A stretch of DNA of 64,000 bases from Orbicella franksi (lineage: Eukaryota). The notes under the pieces were generated by a model. The model ran no database searches, had not been told where the DNA came from, and saw only the letters and a list, made by a program, of their open reading frames with translations. This document shows, piece by piece, positions 53,901-62,900 of this stretch. A program made the position numbers and the translations under genes. Location of the stretch: contig OZ116700.1 in assembly GCA_964199315.1 (NCBI GenBank), forward strand, positions 32,984,001-33,048,000. The letters are read 5' to 3'. The first letter of the stretch is position 1, and each line of letters begins with the position of its first letter.

Positions 53901-56900
53901 TTCCAATGCTTTATCAAGCGATGCTATCCCAGTTGTCTTGGTGATGGAGTCAATGGTTCGTTTTTTATCCTCATCTGACAGCTGGTCGTCAAAATTAATA
54001 TGAACAATGGGAGGGTCTCCAAAAGATAGAACACTGTAGAAAATGTTGGATGTTGGGTAATTGTCTACAACGGACTTGATGATATCTTGCATTTGCCTGA
54101 AGGTTCTGTCCGAATCTAAGGAGGTGACACTTATCGCAAAGCCAAGGTTGATTTGAACCAGTCGTGAAGGATCTGTGAAATAAGAAACCCCAAAAAAATT
54201 AATTCTCTCTCCTGACATCACGTGAAAACGCGGTGGTCAGGACGTTAGATTCCGCATCGAGGGATACCAGTTCATGGTCATTGCTTTCTACTACTGGGAC
54301 AACGCGCTTAACTTTTACTATACGTCTCTCGACTCATATGCACAAGTCCGTACTAGCGAAGTGTTAGGGTTAACCGATGCAATGCAGAGGGATGGCCTAC
54401 AATGGCAATACATCTAGTCACTTCATGCGACAGAAACAGGGAGAGGTTCTGGAAGTTTGGGCCACATTGTCTTGAGCGCAGATTTTTCATAATTATACAT
54501 TTCATGTAAAGTAGCTTTGAGCTTTTGGTAGCAAATCATTCAAGACAATATACATAAAGTTGATAATTTTGATGAATTCAATCTTCGGCAAGGCAACATA
54601 CTAGGGCGATAACAGCTCACCACTCTGGTTTTTTATACAAATTGACAAACCTTCGATACATATTTGGCTTGCATGGTGCGTTTGTGTCCATCACAGATGG
54701 CAGAGCCTCCGGATAGATCACCATCCAGTGGACAGGTGTTACCGAAATAATTATCTTTTCCTTTCCGGGGGGGGGGGGAGGGCGGGGAAGGGGTAGACAG
54801 CGTAACGTTCTGGAGCTCATCATGATATATCATGCAATTTACCTTTGATAGCCTTTTTGATCTGCTCATCAACAGTATCCGTCACATCTTTGGGTTTATC
54901 AGTTGGTTTGACTGGAACAATGCGGTCTTCATCGTCTGTTACCGGTTCAACATGTTCCTTGTTGACTTCATCTCCGATGATGACAGGGATCACTGTTATT
55001 CCTTGATCCACCAGTTGCCGTGCTTTGGCCTTGAAAAAGATGGACACCATAGAGTATAATTACACCGCACATTGGAACAAAGAGAGAACAGTGGAATGGG
55101 AGCTTAAGGAGAAAAGATTAAAATCTTGGGCAGAGGCGGCATCAGCTGCAGGGGATAGGATAGCCTTGAAGCAGAGAGGCGACAGCCCAATTCTCTTCTA
55201 GCAGACCGGAACAATGATGTTGATGACATTATGACAAAACATTTGAGCTATGCTGTGTAGCAAATAATTGTATTCTGTCCAATATTTGTTCTGTTTGCGT
55301 TTCTTGGTATTGGTGTTGGCGCATGCCCATTCACCATTTATAAAAATGATTTGGGATTTTACATTCTGTACTCCCCCATGGTACTTTTACATCACCAAAT
55401 AAAACACGACATGGCCATTTCTGAGCCACCTTAAAGATCGCAATGCCTTCAACATCTCTAAACAACTGAAATTTTATTTACTGTCGAAACAACATTCTGA
55501 AAACTTGTATTGATTCTCTCCATTCTATTATACCAGGTACATGTCGCTTCTCTTAAGAGTTCCGTATTCTCCTAAATATCTTTAGAAACATTACAATAAC
55601 TGGAGACTGACTAGAAAATGTTCGGGTTACTTCAGTCTCCAGAGTCAAATATATCAAACACGAGAGACAGTGTTTAATAGAGACATCCCAACACCGAGAA
55701 GAGAGTTGAAAATACGACGCGCAGCGGAGTATTTTTGACGAAATTCGAGGTGTTTGAACAGCCGATGAAATACTGTCTTGAGTGTTTGATATATCCTCTT
55801 AATGAAAACAAAAACTAAGGAGTAAACGGAAAAGTAAAATCGTCAACTCTATGCTAATAGACCAATTTCGATATATTAAAATTCAGCCTAAAACAATAGA
55901 CCTTAGCACGAGGCTCTGGGGAATAACTACAGAGTTTGTGGGGTTTATTCCCCAGATCCTCGTGCTGAGCTCTGTTGTTTTAGGCTGAATTTTAATACAT
56001 CGAAATTGGTCTATTAAGACCGGGTATCCAAACCTCCTTCACGCTTGTGATTTTCTTCTTTTTAACTTGATTAATTATTAATGAGTTTGAGAACCCTACA
56101 TGTAAATACTGTAAATGTACGAGTGAATAAAGTTGTTGTTTTTGTAGATCGTCAACTATACATCAGCTCCGTCTTCCTCAGCATTGAAACCCCGCATTTC
56201 CCGCTCTGCAAAACTTGTGCCCGTTTCAAAAGGAAAACAATGAAATGTCGTTTACCTTTACAATCGTAGGCTCGCTTGGTGATAATTTATCCATGATTAC
56301 AACCAGTATCTTATTCGCCTGGCCCCGCGTTGAACCTCGGAACAGCGTCTTTGCTTCTTCTAGAGCCCTGTCCAGATTCGGGGAGCTGACGGTCGATAAC
56401 AATGCATCATCGACGGACTTCTTGAGCTTTGACTGCTTTGTGACCTGATCTGTAAATGGGATCTTTATCACTGCTGATGAGCCAAATACAATGAAGCCAT
56501 AATGAACACGGCCCACACCATAAAGATCGATCATTCCTTGAACCGTTTCTTTGACAAGTTTGAGGTTTTGTTGGGCGACGTCCACAGCAAATGCCAGGTC
56601 TACTTCCGGTCCCTTTGGCTCTGTAGGTAGACAATTCACAATAGCATGAATCACGTGGTGGTGCATCAGGTCTAAGTATTATAGCCTCAATGAATCATTG
56701 TCATCCAATGACAGAGGAATCCATGATCATTAAATTCTTTATATGATGATGATAAATCATACATAACATTGAACGGACCGGGAAGTGAATAATATGCGGT
56801 CTGTGTTGCACAAGACAACTGTTGATAATACTACAACGCATCGTCAAGTATCATATTTACCTCACAATTGATTAGTAATTCCTTTTATAGACTGAAAAGT

Positions 56901-59900
56901 CCACGTCAAAATAATTCTCACGTTTATTGTGTATTCGTTTCTTTTGCTTATTTTTCATGCAGCTTGGTTCTAACACAAAAAGCTACAAAACGTCTTCACT
57001 GAAATTATCAAGGCCATTGTAGACTATCGGCATCAAAGTATTCCTCTGCGCTTAGTGAGAACACTTTGCGACCCGTGGTCTAGGTTACCACTGTTAACGC
57101 TATATGCTTTCTGAGCAAAGTTTACCAGTTTACTCTTTGCCACTCTACACAATGCTACACTTCCCTTTCCCACGTAACATTTATTTACCTTTTAGAACTA
57201 GTATAATGATTTTCTTGCCAAGTTCCTTTGGATCCTCATCTGTAGTAGTTTCAGTCACTTCATGAGGAGTAAACTCTTCCAATTCTTTAGGGTCAGAGTC
57301 CTTCCCAATGACAACACTTATCAGCATAATATCATCTTCTGTAAGACGATCTGCTTCAGCCTTGACATCACCATAGCTGCTGTCAGAACCTCTGTCAGAT
57401 ATCACCACGACAACCTTCCTGGCATCGGGCCTTCCACTGGTCTTAAAGACTCTCCTTGCTTCATTGAGGGCGCTGTCTAAATCCGGGACTCCAAATTTAG
57501 GGAGGAGCCTTTTAACGTCAGTTTGAACATTGTTGTTTGTATTTTCTTGAATAGAAATCGCAGCTTCCGTGTCGCTTCCAAATACTACCACGCCCACTCG
57601 GATCACGTCCATGGAATACGTGTCCAGAATTGACGTGATGGTATCTTTCATCTGCTGAAAGTTGTCACGCCACTTCGCGGATGTAGCAGAGATTGCAAAA
57701 ACGATATCTGTTTCAGGTATACGTGGTTCTTCTAAAACTGTAAGGGGGGCAAAGGGTTACAACAAGTTCGTTCTTTGATCCACTGCAAGTTTATCTACAT
57801 GTAATTTACAAAACTATGTACTACGTAATGGAAGGACAGAATGGCTAAGGAAACTTTATTAACTATAAACAGTTACCTGCATTGCTGACTTGCACCAAAA
57901 TAACGTCAAAACAGAAACCTTTACAATTTTCTACCAATTTTCTGCTTTTGAATCGAATTGCTGTGAAGCTCACGGTTCATTAATGTTCAACGCTGCCAAA
58001 CCCCATACAGAATCACATTAGGGAGTTTAAGCAAATCACTACGACTGGTGCTACTGAGGCTGCCGTGACTGAAAAGGTCTGGGGAGAGTACGTCTCGGTG
58101 GTCTACCAAATTTTAAGTTTAGCGAGTAAAGCGAAATACAAAGATGAAAGAAACATCGGCTAAGGAGTTTAAAATCTCTTTCATTTAGCTTCTCACAGCC
58201 AAATGGCTTCGCTCAAAGGACGATGGCCGTTATTCGGAAGGACGAACATATTATTTCTGAGCGAAAGCGAATGCCATACATTTTGTACCATAACAATTTG
58301 ATGGATGAAATATATAATTTCAGAGACAAATATCTCAAAGAATATCGAGTGAAGAACACAAATATATCAACACTCAAAGAAGCAAAATAGCATCGTATAG
58401 TTATCCAGATATAAAACATCTCCATTAAACCCTCAAAGCAAACTTAACCGAAGAAAAACAACCTCGTGCTCAACAAGAATATTTCACTTGACTCACTTCG
58501 TCATTCCAACACCTTTGCCAAAACTTATCGTAAATTCAGGATACGGATTTACAAGCTTATGAGAGGCAACCTTGACACATTCTTTGACTTAAATTGACTT
58601 TAATGGATATAGTATCCAATGGAATTCTTAAGATGCCGAGATGTTCGTTGAAAAGGGCCAGAGAAGCGAAATAAACCCGACGTAGTAGCCACTACGGCAA
58701 AACATCCCGACTCACGTCGTCAGATTTCACGCTACGGCTGGATGCAACCGACGTACATGCGCACTGTCTCGTTTTGGGGGAAATTTACTTCCGGCAGCCG
58801 TATCAGTGCCAGCCGTAGCGATTTGCTTAAAGTCCCTATTCTTTAATGTAAGATATGATTAATGACCTACCACCGAAGGTCTTCTCCATAATCTGCTTGG
58901 CGAGTTCTTTTGGATCAACATCTTTGAACTCTTCAATAAGATTATCTTTACGCGTAGTTATTACTTCCAACTCATCAGGATCTGCTTCAACGCCAATCGC
59001 CACAGGAATAATAATCACATCGCCTCTATACAACTCCTTGGCAGCCTGGAGTTTTTTCATGTCGTCATCATCCCCAACGGACTCGTTATCAATCAACACC
59101 ACCAGGACTCTCTTTGCCCCAGGTCTCCTGGGAACCTCGTTGAACGCCTTCTTCGCTTCTTGCAAAGCCACATGGAGTCTAGGACTTCCAGGAGGCTGTC
59201 GTATGCGCTGAATGAAAGAAATAAGGGTTTCATCATTTAGATTTTGATTTCTGTAACTGATCTCGGTGTTGGCTTGGGTTCCAAACACGATGGCCAAGTA
59301 GTGCAGTTTGACGCTGCCGTACTTCCGAATGATTTCAGCTACGGTGTTTTTCATCAGCCTCGATGTGGTGCCACGATAGGTGCCTGTCGCACTGAATGCA
59401 AAGCAGAGCTCAATTTCTGGGGTTGGTTTGAGACCTGAAATGCAAAAATATGTACTTACAAAATAGCCATGATGGTTTTAATTTTGTGACGTGTTTCAGG
59501 GGTATAGCTATATGGCACCACTGTAACTCAAATCCATGGTTTATACTCTACATAACTGAACGAATTTATCTTCACGGTCAATTAAAAAGTACCCGTTTGG
59601 TTATAAAATAAAATTTGTTCGTCTTCTTGGTTGATTTTTCAACAAGTCGCAAAACACTAATCGTACTCAATTATTCTCACCCATGGACCAACACAATAAA
59701 TAAACACTCGGCCTGAAGTCCTAAACCGCAAATGTTTCTTTCGGTTCTAGATCTTGTGCTGTGTTTGATAGAATATTTACCAAAACATCAAGGCAGATCT
59801 ACAGTTATTACTAAGGCAGTGGCTCTCGCAGGATATCGCATGAATGGCCTGATACGCTTTGAGAGGACAATACAACAAACAACAGAAACAATGCTCCTAG

Positions 59901-62900
59901 CCCCAAAACAAAGCTTACGGAAGCTGTTACACCTCCGAACAGCTAACCTTCTTATCAACTCCCAACATACCTTTCTTCAACACCTCGTCAATCTTGCCCA
60001 CAGTCTTCTTAGGCTCTTCAGTTGTCGTTGGAATGCAACTCTCCTTATTTGGGGTGACCACTTCACAGATCGGAGGAACGTACCTCATTTTCAGAACCAC
60101 AAAGATAATCTGAATGCCCTCTGCTTCCATCGCCTTGGACGTTTTGCCTGCAGCAGCATTTCCAGTCTGGTCTTGGTCAGTGTAAATGATAACAACCTTT
60201 TTAGCGTGTGGTCGACTACCAGATCCATTTGCAAACAGCTTCTTAGCTTCGGCGAGCGCTAGGTCAAGTCTGGAAGTTCTACCAACTCGTGAAGGAAGTT
60301 TCTCGATAACGCTTTTGACCTGGCTGTCTGAAGAATATTTCTTCTGGAAAGTATTGACTGTTCTGACTCGAGAGTTGTAGGTGAGAAAGCTGTAGCCTGC
60401 TTCGCTAATTGGATGCTTGTCCAAAAGTTCCAGGCTCATTTTTCTGAAGTACGGCATGTTTTGTGCATTAAGAGACACTGCGATGACAAAGTCATGTTCA
60501 TCTTCATCCATTTCTGAAAATTATAACAAATAAGAAACATACTTTAGGCAAGAAAAACATTTTATGCATTCAATAATCCTCACTTGAACCAAATAATGTT
60601 TCTACATTAAAAATTTGCCAAATGCTTGAATTTTACAAACCTAAGTAGAGAGCTATAGACTCAAGGAAGCTATCATTTCTCAAAAACCTACCTTGAAATG
60701 ATCGGCTGGCAAAACTTGAGAGTATCACCTTAGCCTCAGACCCAACAATTTAACGGTATTCATTCATTTAATTGTAAAAACATTACCCTTACGTGATTTT
60801 GAAATAAGATTACAGTGTAACCGGGCCACTTAATAAACAAAAACCAAACTACTACAGAATGGAAACAACTAATCAATGACTTCTAACTTCAGTTGTCTTT
60901 CAGTGAAATATAAGGTTTCTTCTTGGAATGGACTTCAAAGCAAAACCCCTCGCAATTGTACTCTGCCAATAATGGAATTGTTTTTTTTGTTGTTGTTGTT
61001 GTTGTTTTTTTTTTTTGCCTAAGCGTCCCGCTTCGAGGGTCACCCATCCGTTTTATTTATTGTTAGTTCTCTGCATTTACCTTTGAAAACTTTGGACATA
61101 ATCTTCTCTTTCAAAACTATTACATAGACATCAGTCGTCACGTTGACAACGTTTGTTTTGTCGGAGGTAGTCTCTTCAAGTTCCACATGGTCAACCTCAT
61201 CTCCAATAGCTACCGGGATCACCTTAATTCCATCATCTTGCAACATCTTTGCAGTTGCCTTCACATCAACAAGCTTGCTAGTCGACTTCGCATCCGTGAT
61301 TAATACCAAAACTTTCCATGCATTTGGACGCTCTGGCGCGTCGTCAAACAATTCTTTTCCTTTCTTCAGGACTTCGTCTAGATCAGGACGTTCGTTTGAG
61401 CCAGACAGGATAGTGATCACGTTCTTGAGATTTTCGTCAGTAGGAAAATCGTCACCAAAGCTGACTTTAATCGAGGCTTTCGAGCCAAATACAATCACAC
61501 CATAACGAAGTTTATTCATGGCGTATGTGTCAATTATTGACTTTATCACTTCCTTTGCCTTCTCAAAGTTGTCATCCGCTTTCACTGATGCAGCACTGAT
61601 TGCAATTGCGAGATCTACTTCTGGGATTGGTAAAAGGTACAGATCTGTGAAAAAAAGGCGGCGAAGCATTGTTAAACAGCATAATTTGGCCACATATAGA
61701 AAAGCTTTTGACTAGGAAGAAAGCGTATCGTTCAATAATATTCATCCTCTAAGATTTAAAGAAGAATTATCTGTGATATATAAACACACTGAATCGCGCC
61801 CTGAATATTGATTCAATCGTCATCTTATGTAAGGTGTCGGTAAGCTACTTACACTTCGTCATGACAACAAGCCAGTGGATGCGACAACTTGTCCCTGGTA
61901 CCACGGAAAACTTAACGAACTGCCTAGCTTTGAAGAAAACTAGATAGTAGGGCTTCTACCTCTTGCGTTATTCGATTAGTTGGTAATAGAAAACACAAGA
62001 AACGTTAACTACATACAGAAAAAAGTGAACAATTTACTCACTTTCTCTAACTTTTTTCATAATTTTCTTGCCAAGTCTCTCTGGATTCTCTTGAGTTGGC
62101 ACTTCAATGATGTTTTTCTTTAGTGCAGTAGTCTTTTCTAGTTCCTCTCGATTCACTTTCCTTCCTATTCCAACCGGAATAACCTTAACCCAAAACTCTT
62201 CCAGTGCCATTGCAGATTTCAAGACGTCTTTCTCGGTGCTCCCTGACTTACTGTCCACCAAGAAAACAAGAACTTTCTTTGCATCTGGCCGAGCTCCGGG
62301 TGCTTCAAACACCTTCTTCGCATCTGCCAATGCAAGATCTAAATCAGGCGTACCGCTCACAGTAGACAGGCTCTCAAGCTTCTTCAACAAGGCTTGTTCA
62401 TCTGGGAATGTATCTTGGAAGTCCACAACTGTTCTTGTTATCGAGCCGTATGTCATGACGGTGTAATGGATGTTCTTCATGCCATGTGCTGCCACAATGG
62501 AGAGTAAAGTTTCTTTCATTAAACCAAACGTTTCCTTTGCTTCCGTTGAGGAAGCACTGACTGCAAACACCAGGTCAATTTTCTCTTGGCCAAGTGGGTC
62601 TGGAACTAAGTATGAAAAATATTTCATTACTTTAGAATATTCAAAGGGCAAAAACCTAAGAATTCAACAAAAGCACACTAACAAGCAAAGTAGCTAGTTC
62701 GTGTCACGAAGCGCACATGTTAAGTAATAATAAAGGCAGGAACTGATAAAAGTTATTTATAACAGAATACTGATTCCCCATTACTTCGACATAACTTCGC
62801 GTAACTGTTACAAAGCCAAAAACGCAATATCTTGTTCTTCTGAGGAATTGTTACTCCTTTTGGAAGCTTCGTTTTTAACTTTACGAAATCTTGATAACGC

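Noticed and set aside
55100-55480. Possible decayed reverse transcriptase (KVPWGS resembling GVPQGS)
   Set aside because: One weak motif with no supporting frame; needs a TBLASTX search
12798-62697. Many plus-strand ORFs of 60-180 aa rich in S/T/F/I (e.g. 14783-15166, 44482-44901, 59732-60262)
   Set aside because: Antisense shadows of the VWA exons; they coincide with exons and have no domain motifs
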